Origin: Acanthaster planci
Taxonomy: Eukaryota
Direction: 5' to 3'
NCBI RefSeq assembly: GCF_001949145.1
Contig: NW_019091356.1
Span: forward strand, 4,322,934 to 4,386,933
Length of the DNA: 64,000 nucleotides
Below the pieces are notes generated by a model, which saw only the letters and a program-made list of their open reading frames with translations, had not been told where the DNA came from and ran no database searches. This document shows positions 42,701 through 52,102 of the stretch, piece after piece; within the stretch, counting starts at the first letter, position 1, and the number at the start of each line of letters is the position of its first letter. The position numbers were made by a program, and so were the translations under genes.

Positions 42701-45700
42701 CTGCCCTGTCGTGTTTGATCAATATCAAACTGTTTCAGGTGTGTACTGCTGTAAACTAAAATCCACACTGTTGGCTTATTGACCGCTCTCATATTGCCTA
42801 CTGTACTGTTACTGTAAGTCACCACAGTTGGCAAAAATGTCACCCTTGCAATGGGAGACTTTCAGACGCTGGTGACAGCAGATATACTGGTTCTTACTTA
42901 CAGTATTGCGCATGCTCATAACTATGCCCGCCACGCCTGCCAGAACAACGCGTGCATGCTCAGAACTAGTAAAAAGGACCGGTATGTTTGCCGCCTCCAT
43001 GAGTCTCAAAGTCTCCCATCGCTTGATGTCAGAATTCACATCAAAGTAAATACAATGGGAGCAATCTATAAATACTCCTGTAAACGTGGAATTTTTTCTT
43101 TTTCCTTCACTCTGACCTATTTTTGTCGCATCAAATTTTGCTGCCTGCGGTCATTTCGTGTGACTCTGAATTGAAGAATCTCACCATCTACCAAACTTAA
43201 CTCTGTCGATTTTTTATCCAACAGTTCACAGTACATGCTTTGTGAACGCCACGTGGAAGGAGGAAAACATTTACGATGTCTATGGTCCTGATGGGATGTG
43301 CCAATGTTTTCATTGTAAGGTAAGCGGGGCGCCCTCCAGAGTTTAGGTACTCCTTAAAGGGATTCGAATTGACAGTATCAGTCGGTCAATCTTTTTATCC
43401 TGCGTTGCCTTAAGGAATCAATTGGAATGAATAGGAATCATCCCTTGACTAGTTGGAGGTATTGATGCACAACATAAAGATGCCTTGGATTCAGAATTCC
43501 CATTGGAGCTCCATTTGGATAGCGCATGCAGACTGTCCTAGCCCCATGCGCAAAATGACCCAGTGTGCCAATACCACCGTCTGGCGAGATCGACCAAGCT
43601 AACGGTACCCTGACGTCCTCTTCAAGAGGTGGTGTCCTAACGTGTATGCTTCGACCCCTGTGATCATGTTGATGTCTGTCCACGTGTGTGTCAGTGACAC
43701 TTTCCTCCTCTCTTCCCTTGATCCTGCTCGTGCCTTGAGTGAGAATGGCGTCTGGCCTGTTCTCTTTCTGTCAACCGGCCCAGCAGACGGCGTCCGTAAT
43801 CCAGACGAAATGTATGAACAGTGATTGCCAGCTTGTTTTTTTCACGCAGACGCCCGTGCAAACCAAATAGGCATTAATCCGACAGAGTAGCAACCAAAAT
43901 GAAAACGAAAACAGAATTTGGGAGTTCCCTCTACCGCGAGGATCTTACCGAGAGGTCAGATAATTTCATGTGAAAGTGAAGCTTGAGAAATTTGATTTTT
44001 GGTTTTTTTATTTAAATCATCTTGATTGAGGGTAACCATCCAGCAGAAGCTGATCATTTTGGTCCCTCATTAAAAAGAAAAACAAATAACAAAAATAACA
44101 ACATCAAAATCGTAATGGAAACATTACCACAAACACACAAATATATCAGAGTCATCTATCATAAAGATTCCTCATTATGAAAAAGTAGCTGAGAATTTAC
44201 ATTTAAAATCCAGTAAAAAGATCAAAAAGCGAAAAAAGAAAACAGTTTAAAAATAAATATAGATACAAGACAGAAGACATAAAGAAAACATTGAGAGAAT
44301 ATTGAGTTTCCCCTACCCCCCAAGAATGAATAATAACCATCCAAAAATGCAGGCACACATGAACTACCAGAGTGCAAGATTAATACATGTACATCGGATT
44401 CATATCCTCTTCTCTTTCAGTTGCCGTCGAAAAGCAGAGTTCTAAAATAACAGAAGCTCTATAACTAAAACTAATCTTAAAAGTTCATATTTAAGTGATC
44501 TCGAATGTCCTGACAATTACTGTCATTTCATTCATCTCCAAAGAAATTTATTTCATCCATTACGCATGTAATCCAACCCTGATATCGCCCACTCTTTCGT
44601 CAGTCATATTTCCCAAATAGGTATATGGTTTATGAGGAAAAATGACGTTTTTGCCCAAATCATGATGTACTAATTGGTAGGCAGAATAGTGATGTAGATT
44701 AATTTGTTTAAAAGTTCCTTGTGTTTAAAGATAAAGCAGGTGTTTTGAACAGAGAGATGCAGTCCTAAGAGTCCGAACAGAAACTTACATGTCTTTATTT
44801 TATTTTTCATTTTCACTTTCGCCTCAGATCACAGGGGAATTACTTGTCGCGGAATACGCACTTTCGTTTGCTGCGTGCGCAGTTGCTTTCGTCATATTCA
44901 TGAGCTCAAGGTAAGTTGAAGTGTTTTGTACATTGGGTGGCTGGGATTGATTCATGGATTAATTTGGCTGATGGATTGATTAGAGTGAACTGTCAGTGGA
45001 TTGATGAACTGATTGGATTGGATTAGATTGGATTGATGGACTGACTTAATTGGTGGATCGTTTGGATTAATTGGGTTGATGAATTGTTGGATTGATACTA
45101 AGCGGTGGATTGAAGCGTCGGGGCACTGATGGCTGATAGATTAACGAATAAAAAGATTAATAAAGATTAATGAGTGCTTGCACTGATAGATAAAAGGATT
45201 GTGTTGGTGGATAAGTAAGATTTCTGAAAATTACATTGATTTGATAGATTCTGTTGTATTCTATATGTATGAGATATGTACAGTTGATTGAATTGATATT
45301 ATAGTATCGTATGTATTGTATCAAGGGAATTGATTGGATTGACTGGATAAGTTGATATCTGGACAAGAATACATAGGTAACATGTCCTCGATCTGGGCGG
45401 CCCAGGGAGACGCAAAGGTTAAAAAAAATTGTCATTAAGAGTTGTTCCGTCCGCATATCCCATCATGGACTGTCTTACGTGCTTTAAATGGTCCAAAAAA
45501 GATTGCATAAATTAGAGTAACGCAGCAATCTTGGGAGTTAACATGGTTGTCATTTGAATTTGTGACAGAAGTATTTTACTGGTCTTCCAGAGAGAAAATG
45601 GGTTCCTCTAGCTTCTTGGAGATGTTACGTTCCGCATGCTTGTCGAGTTCTTAACTTGTTTGATCTAACCACCGTATGTGTTAACCCTCCAGAACCCTAC

Positions 45701-48700
45701 GCTGTACAAGGAACCTGATTCATTTGCATCTGATTACCTCATTTATGCTGAAGTACATCGTATATTTCATCCAGCCCCCAATTTGGAAATCGGAACTCTT
45801 GGTAAGTTTAATTCAGTTTTCAGAATATGTTTATTGAATATGGACTTTTCTCTACTATCGTAAGAGCGGAATAATAGGTCCTGCATCTCCTACAGTAAGT
45901 TTATGTTCCTTATCTGGGAGATATCGGCCCTTATCTGACCCCAACGGATTACAGATGAGTGTGTGTATAACGTTATTTTTGCGTCCGGTTCCACGGATGC
46001 CCTATTTGCTCTGGACAGCTTGTGGCTATGATGTAAAAAGAGTCTTTTTCTGGCGAGTATTATGAGGAAACATTTCCCTTGGGTTCATCAAAAAGGCCAA
46101 CAGAAACGTTTTGGTCTGAGTGTGGCCGATTTGACGGTATTGGTTTGTTATCAGGATGAAATAAGAAAGATAATCCACTTTGATCTCAGGAAAATTTTGA
46201 AAATCGCTGCTCGAAGAAGTGCTTATTTTTTTGGCTGATTTGCTCATGGTTGAGCTTTATTTTGTTCTGCTTGAAATCGGATCCTCTTGTCAATTATTAA
46301 GAGGGTATGACGTTTATTCGCGTCTTTCCTTGTACGACAGATGATATAATCAGTTGAAGTGGTGTTAGCCTGAGATGAACGATACTGTTTTAAATCTTCC
46401 GTTTTCCAGCGCTTGAATTTCATTCTCCAGTAGATAAAAGTAGTTCAACTTATACACTTCCAGGTAAATAGGTCCCTTGGCCTATTTGTAGAAATCCTTT
46501 AGCAATGAAAAATTAAATAGGTAAATGAACGTGATCTTCCTCTTGAATGTTTTCGTGTGTATTTTTTGTTTTTCTTTTCCACGTCAAGTTGATCGTAAAA
46601 TCTAAGATATCGAGTAATTTGAAAACCTTACCTTACCGAGCATGGTCTTCCATCGGAAGGGAGGGGCGAGCGCCCTCTTGGGTTTCATTGAAAGCGCCAC
46701 AAGCAAATGAGAGAGATTCTAGAAGTGAGAAGTGACGTTTGACAAACTTCTGTTTGTTTTTTACAGCACCTGAGGCGAATCGTCTTGTTCCTGTTGTTTT
46801 ACTTCGAACAGACCAACTATTTTTGGATGTTTGTGGAGGGGTTATACCTTCACACGCTGGTGGTCTTCGCACTTCGCATTGACGCGGACAGAATCAACTT
46901 CTTGGTGTATTGCGTCATAGGCTGGGGTATGTTTGCCAAAATTGGGGTCTGCGCATGATCGATCGAAGGCTTTGCCTTGGAATATAAAGGTGATTTGTGA
47001 ACCAAAACAAAAACAAAAGCCTGGGGCACAGAAGTCAAGTACGTGTGCACCAAATGGACAAGATTTGGGGGTTCTTCTCCTTGTCTTTTGCCATTAAAAC
47101 GCCTATGATGCATAAATTTAAGTTGAGAAACGCATACGGTCAATAATTAATGTCATTCTGTCTTTTTTCACAGCTATTCCGATGGTCTTAATTGGAGTGT
47201 GGGCCATCATCTCGGCTGTACTCGATCCTGACGTTTACCTTATATTTAATTCTGGCGAGTATGTTCCTTTATTAATGGAACCAATAATGTTTTTATCAGG
47301 ACTCAATACGGCCGATTCACAATAGTGCGCCACTAAGAATTTGCTACACGTTGGCCAATCATAACTCTCAAAATTTCAAACGCGCACTGGGTCGACAAAT
47401 TTCGCGCATTGTGATTAGCCAACGCGTTGTAAACCCCTGGTGGCGCACTATTGCGAAACAGCCGTATTCGTCTAGGAATATAAAGACCTTCAGTGGGCAC
47501 CCAATTGTTTACCGTTGTTTACCAATTTATAATGTAACGACCTGGTATTTTTGTTTTCTTTTTTAGCAATGATTTCTTCACCAATTCAGTGCATACTACG
47601 GCGGTGCATGAATACGTCTGCTTGATTGGCCCCATTCTTCTTGTGTTGGTGGTAAGAGACTACGCAACTTTGCATTTGATCCGCAGCTAATTATTATTTT
47701 TTGGGGGGGAGGGGGAGATTATTGGTCCAGATCTGTCTAAGTTACTTCGGCCATTTTGGCATGGACACAAACAAAAGGAAATTAGCTTGCGATGACCTTG
47801 CATGGCCGTCTTTCTCGAATGTTGGTTACAATAGGATATTCAGCATAAAGTTTCCTGAAAAATCATGACGATGTAGAATTTTTTGAGAGTTTCAGACCTA
47901 GAGGTTTGATAGGTACTTGGCATACCATCAAAGAAGAGTTAGCAGCAGATTTCAGTGTTGACCTGCGTTTTAAGGACGTCTGTGATGAATTCGAAATTGG
48001 AATAGCTAAAGCTTTATCAAAGGCTTGGCCTGTGTCAAAACTTGAAGACTCCAACCTGGAAATCTGTTCTTTCCGTGGCTAAAGTTTACCTATCCGATTA
48101 AATCGGTCCTCGTGGTTCTCATTATTTTGTCTTCCATTTCCTCAGTCGTAGCCTTACTGACTCCTGGGCTATCGCCTTTCAGATTGATTGCACCGCCGAT
48201 AACTCCGTGATTGTTGGCAATCCGACAGCGGAAAGGAAAAGATTATCCATCTTTTTTTCCCCCGTGAGATTTATTTTTTCCCCGTTGTTACAGTGTCATT
48301 TGCGCTGCTGGCCGCGCTAGAGTTACACATTGATTGCTTCGTAATGCACGGGCCAGGCAGGGTTATAATTGGACGCGCAAGCGAATTCCCCGACCGATTT
48401 GGTTGGCGGCTTTGGGAACGTGGTTGACGCTTCTTTCAATGCTTTCACGGTGCGTCAAAGAGCTGCTTGGTATCCATTGGTAGCCAACGAGGAAAGGTTT
48501 TTATTTTATGTCAGTCTGATTCTTGATTTTGAGACTCATTTTCCCCTTTTAATGTTACATGTCGAGTCACTTGAATTTCTCTGTCAGCTGTCGCGAATTT
48601 CCCGGGGGTCACCATTCTCTGATTCTCTCGTTTCTTTCTTCTGACGACACGCGTGGGGGCGACCTGCCTTTTTCAGTTCGTTGAACAGATTTACATAATG

Positions 48701-51700
48701 TTTAACTTGAAAAGGCAGATGCTGAATATCATGTAAGTTCTGTCCATTTGCTTTGAATGTAACATGATGTTTAGCAGGGACATAGGGGTGACAGGCTGTC
48801 AGCAGGTCGTGTGTTCAGTTTGCGCTCGTTTTCTTTTTGGTAGATAAGACCACATGACTATAACTTTGCATGTTATGTTGATTATCACATAACCCACCGC
48901 GCTGCTCGTTATAAAAGGCGACTCTGTGTCGGCAAAGACACTACATGTATATAGTTCTCATCCGCCAAAGGTCATGTGTACAATAATGAAGTACACGACG
49001 TTGTAAGTCATAACATTTAGCATACCAAGAATGAAAATCCGCTTGAATCTTTGTCAGTCGTGCGACAAATCCATCAATATATGATTCTGCGCCAACACTC
49101 AGTAGAGTTATAGGTCACTCTAATCGATTGGGTCACTTGAACTCGTTTCGTTTAGATTGACATTTCTACATTATTATGATGAGCTGATTGAACTTCGAGT
49201 GGCCCTCTTCAAGCAGAGGATGAATGGCTTCATGGCTACATGAAGAGTAAATTCAATTGGGGAAAATGGGTGTCAGTCGTAGGCCGTTGGTGGAATGATC
49301 GTAGTGGGCATGTGACTCCGATTTGGGGGGGGGGAAGAGTGAGTCTGCAAGATTGCATAGGAAGGCACATTACTGCAGCAAGTTATCAGCAGCCTATTTG
49401 TCCGTTGTAGACAGTTATCAGGACCCATGCACCAGTTTATCAGGTTGATTAACGAGCTGAGATGGACGAGAAAGTAATTTTCCCATTGACCATGCACTGT
49501 TCATTGAATTTTCCTACATTTGCCCTCATCATTGCTTGTCTGGCGATAGTCTTAATATGGTGCCATCTGAAATGGGCAGACCGTTATCACGGACCCCGAT
49601 AAATTACTCTGCTGCTCTGGAAACTAGTTTTCTCGTGTCTAAATGACCTATTTCGTAATTTATCCGACATACAATCTTGTACGTGATTCTCTCTGTCGAC
49701 GTACAATTCTCACACGATACAATCAGATCAAACTCTGGTACATTAAACACGCCGGTTGTCATCGTTGCATCTTTTCCTGTCTCACATTTCAGATCAATTG
49801 CTTCTTTTTGCTCAACATCGTTCGTCTGCTGATGAGCAAGTTACGCGTGCAGGGTAACCGCACGAGCGACATCAAACAATACAGGTACACAGCGGGTTTG
49901 TTGACAAGTTGTTACACGAGAACATCTCCCCACCGATTCGGTGAGGGACAAACTCGTCGTTGTTTGCACTCGCCTTACGTCCTTCCAACGAGTGTTTGTG
50001 CAAGGCTCTTTAAGAGAGGCGTTGATGTCTGTGGGAAGTGTGTGAGAATGCTAAACTAATGGCCGACTGCCGTCCCTCATTCTGAGGAGTTCTATCCTCG
50101 ACGTGTTTTTGTTACTCGGTGGTTTGGTGTAGACTTTCATTTCATATCGGCCACGCAGCCGATAGATCATGAAGAACGAGCTTTGTAAGCACCAATTAGG
50201 ACGGAGCTACTAGACAGACACACATCGTTACGATGAAATCTGATGCCGTCTGGCGTTCATTTTGTACCTCAGTATTCGGTTTTTGTTTCCTTTGAATGAA
50301 AATTCTCTGGGTTCTATTTTAAAAATTCCCCATTCAGACATTGAGATTGGGAAGTCAAGTAATAATTAACAACAACGGTGTGTTGAAGGAAGCTTGCGTA
50401 GAAATTAAACTACAAATGGTTGAGTACAAAGAGGGAGGAGTTGACCCAAGTTGTGGTCGGCTTGAAACCGCCTTAAAACAGGAACCTTTCATAAGCAACC
50501 TAAGCTTCGGTGCAGAAATAGCAACACATGAAAATAAGATGACATGGGATAATAATTTTCTCCTGTGATTTTGCTTTCACAGACGGGCTGCACGAGCGAC
50601 TTTTGTCCTCGTCATTTTGCTTGGTGTTGGCTACGTTCTCATTCTGGTCCTTCCCTTATTTCCGGGGAATCTGCCCACAGCAGTGAACCTCATCTTTGTT
50701 TACGTCAGCACCGTTCTGGCCGGCACGCAAGGCTTGTCGGTATCTGTTATCTATGTCTTCTTGAACACAGAGGTGAGACCTCGCGGATGCTATCTGCGTG
50801 TTAAGGCAGTATAGTGCACGCTGGGAATCTACGTATATAAGATCTATGCAAACACGGCTGGCGTATTGTACTGGAACACTCAACTGTGTTTGATTGTAGG
50901 GTCAAATTAATTTTGGTATCGAGGGTGCAGATCTGGCGCGCAATGAATGAAGAGGCTGCGGTTTGAGACGGTTTCTTGAACGGGAGTGGCCACACCTTTT
51001 CTCAATACAGTTCCTTGATTTGTTGGCCCTAATTTCGTACCCTTGTTGTTTCGAAACACTGGCCATGTTTTACTTGTTCATTCTTGTGCAATATGTACTG
51101 GTAAACAAGTTGGAGCTGGTTTACGCCAGACCCACTGCTATGAGGTTGCTTAATTACCGGTCAAGGTTGAAAGCGAAACAATGAAAAGCAAATCCCTCTG
51201 TTAAGAAATACCGTTTCTGCTTAGCAACATTTCAAGGAAAGGTCCTATGTTACATACGCGCCAATCGTGTGAATGCAGGGATGTTTGCAATGCGAGCTGC
51301 AGATGTCAGATCCTTTCTTGAACTTTTTGTGCATGCGATAAATGCATATGGATAATCGCACAATGAGCTGCTTGGTGTAAACATTGGTAGAAGCGAAAAT
51401 AGTGTAGATGTGATATTTCTCCCGTCGGCAGGTAATTACTGTGCTAAAGAGAAGATGGCACCAGCGGTTCAGCAACACAACCTATTTCTTCTGATGCTTT
51501 AGGTGCGACCACCGCTTGAACTGAGCCCATGGCTGATGAGTGATTATTCTCAAACCAAAAACATTCTCCTCCTAATTCACCAGGTGCGCTCCGTTCTCCG
51601 GCGCAAGTGGCGCCGGCGTCTCGCCCACATCGCTCTCCCACCGTTCCTTTCCCGCAAGCGGACCAAGCCGCGGACCTCGTCTTACTCCAAGTACGACGAC

Positions 51701-52102
51701 CGGACATGCGTGAGCACCATGCGCAGCATGGCCAACAACGACACGGTGATGGACAGCTGCCATGAAGACTACGTGGGTCACCAAGGCCATCACCAGGGCA
51801 ACACAACCTGGAGAAGGGGAAACACGCAAGAGAGACACACGGGCGGCGTTGCCAACGGGGACACGAGCGCGAAGGAAAGCAACAATGAAGAGAAAATTGA
51901 AATGCAAGTGGTGAAGAGTAATGGGACAGTCGGCAAATGGGATCAGATTGAGAGAGAAAAAGAAGCAGACGAGGTTGAACCTCTCCTTGAGGAAGGAGGA
52001 AAAGTTCCCAAACCTCCAGCATCCATTGTCATATCGGAGGCCAGCCCCGTGCATACATCTGCCGAAGAGCCTGTTGCCGAATATGTCGAGCACCAAGAGT
52101 GA
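3793..52102 (+). CDS. Secretin-family (class B1) GPCR, CRH/DH44-receptor-like, spliced gene model (~569 aa)
   Basis: Joined exons 3793-3795 (or 14722-14724), 27711-27885, 42625-42738, 43225-43319, 44828-44910, 45693-45801, 46767-46926, 47174-47258, 47567-47651, 49793-49884, 50583-50772 and 51584-52102 give 1710 nt in one open frame, all introns GT-AG. Motifs: CPxxFDGxLCWPxTxPG hormone-binding domain, LRCTRNLIH, TNYFWMFVEGLYLH, IGWAIP, GPILLVLVINxFFLLNIVRLLMSKLR, QYRRAARAT, QG..YVFLNTEV. The first exon is inferred and the subfamily assignment is by eye. Confidence 0.9.
10443..10518. repeat. Perfect 76-bp palindrome (38-bp arms, no spacer)
   Basis: tgctttttaagcatgcctataaatctttctttatctaa | ttagataaagaaagatttataggcatgcttaaaaagca. 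Confidence 0.95.
11971..12251 (+). mobile_element. tRNA-derived SINE with V-domain-like core
   Basis: A-box-like TAGCGTAGCG, B-box GGTTCGAGTCC (12024-12034), core GGTTTTCTCCGGGTAGTCCCGTTTCCTCC (~12090-12118), (AAAAC)/(AAC)n tail, flanked by accattggtc (11961-11970) and accatcggtc (12252-12261). Confidence 0.88.
14722..14724 (+). CDS. Candidate alternative first coding exon end (ATG only) of the GPCR, proximal
   Basis: TGGC-ATG|GTAAGT: consensus donor immediately after an ATG, phase 0, compatible with the 27711 acceptor. Confidence 0.45.
15922..16131. mobile_element. PIF/Harbinger-like MITE, copy A
   Basis: TIRs AGGCGCCTTTCCA / TGGAAAGACGCTT with TAA on both flanks; homologous in reverse orientation to 62000-62202. 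Confidence 0.78.
27711..27885 (+). CDS. GPCR exon: signal peptide and first ECD helix (Cys1)
   Basis: tttttttctacag| ... AAAG|gtaagc; TRLRVYVLVYFMAFNLAVPGAEGQDDGMGEDDVGEFIKAKKKECTLMYENVSLPGVSK; ends in phase 1. Confidence 0.85.
30777..30976 (+). repeat. (AAAC)n microsatellite with C-run interruptions
   Basis: About 200 bp, almost entirely A/C; generates spurious TNKQ/FVCL ORFs. Confidence 0.95.
35684..35857. mobile_element. Palindromic foldback MITE, copy A
   Basis: Arms ATACAGGCGATTCACAACAGTGCGCCTCCAAGAGTTTGCAACGC...GTCGACCC / GGGTCGAC...GCGTTGCAAACTCTTGGAGGCACACTATTGTGAAACGCCCGTAT; a second copy lies at 47305-47468. Confidence 0.82.
42625..42738 (+). CDS. GPCR exon: hormone-binding domain (Cys2-4)
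   Basis: cgcag| ... TCAG|gtgtgt; (D)FHCPARFDGFLCWPPTAPGDTAEMLCPVVFDQYQTVS, the classic class B ECD motif. Confidence 0.93.
43225..43319 (+). CDS. GPCR exon: end of hormone-binding domain
   Basis: ccaacag| ... AAG|gtaagc; (V)HSTCFVNATWKEENIYDVYGPDGMCQCFHCK; phase 1 in, phase 0 out. Confidence 0.88.
44003..44330 (-). mobile_element. Possible 3' end of a LINE (CR1/L2-type) remnant
   Basis: On the minus strand, a T-rich tract leads into stem-loop GAGGG...CAGCTTCTGCTG...CCCTC (44068-44028), then AATAAA and a short A tail. No coding part recognised. Confidence 0.4.
44828..44910 (+). CDS. GPCR exon: TM1
   Basis: Long pyrimidine tract + cag| ... AG|gtaagt; ITGELLVAEYALSFAACAVAFVIFMSS(R). Confidence 0.88.
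44932..45360 (+). repeat. Degenerate (GATT/GGATTGAT)-rich low-complexity tract
   Basis: Recurrent gattg/ggatt/gatag units starting just after the TM1 exon donor. Confidence 0.75.
45693..45801 (+). CDS. GPCR exon: ICL1/TM2
   Basis: ctccag| ... TTG|gtaagt; TLRCTRNLIHLHLITSFMLKYIVYFIQPPIWKSELL. Confidence 0.93.
46767..46926 (+). CDS. GPCR exon: TM3/ICL2/TM4 start
   Basis: ttttttacag| ... TGGG|gtatgt; HLRRIVLFLLFYFEQTNYFWMFVEGLYLHTLVVFALRIDADRINFLVYCVIGW. Confidence 0.95.
47174..47258 (+). CDS. GPCR exon: TM4/ECL2
   Basis: ttttttcacag| ... GA|gtatgt; (A)IPMVLIGVWAIISAVLDPDVYLIFNSG(D). Confidence 0.9.
47305..47468. mobile_element. Palindromic foldback MITE, copy B
   Basis: AATACGGCCGATTCACAATAGTGCGCCAC ... 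GTGGCGCACTATTGCGAAACAGCCGTATT; shares the central TTCAAACGCGCAYTGGGTCGACA with copy A. Confidence 0.82.
47567..47651 (+). CDS. GPCR exon: ECL2/TM5
   Basis: tttcttttttag| ... GTG|gtaaga; NDFFTNSVHTTAVHEYVCLIGPILLVLV. Confidence 0.92.
49793..49884 (+). CDS. GPCR exon: TM5/ICL3
   Basis: catttcag| ... AG|gtacac; INCFFLLNIVRLLMSKLRVQGNRTSDIKQY(R). Confidence 0.95.
50583..50772 (+). CDS. GPCR exon: TM6/ECL3/TM7
   Basis: ctttcacag| ... GAG|gtgaga; RAARATFVLVILLGVGYVLILVLPLFPGNLPTAVNLIFVYVSTVLAGTQGLSVSVIYVFLNTE. Confidence 0.95.
51584..52102 (+). CDS. GPCR terminal exon: helix 8 and long C-tail
   Basis: caccag|GTG; VRSVLRRKWRRR...EYVEHQE-stop (part of ORF 51503..52102); AATAAA at 52112-52117. Confidence 0.92.
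   Translation: MRSVLRRKWRRRLAHIALPPFLSRKRTKPRTSSYSKYDDRTCVSTMRSMANNDTVMDSCHEDYVGHQGHHQGNTTWRRGNTQERHTGGVANGDTSAKESNNEEKIEMQVVKSNGTVGKWDQIEREKEADEVEPLLEEGGKVPKPPASIVISEASPVHTSAEEPVAEYVEHQE

Noticed and set aside
47850..48082. About 76-codon stop-free plus-strand frame in a GPCR intron
   Set aside because: No motif and no fitting splice sites, and the flanking exons already join to give a continuous TM5.
51444..52096. Long minus-strand ORFs (192 and 174 aa)
   Set aside because: Antisense shadows of the GC-rich GPCR terminal exon.
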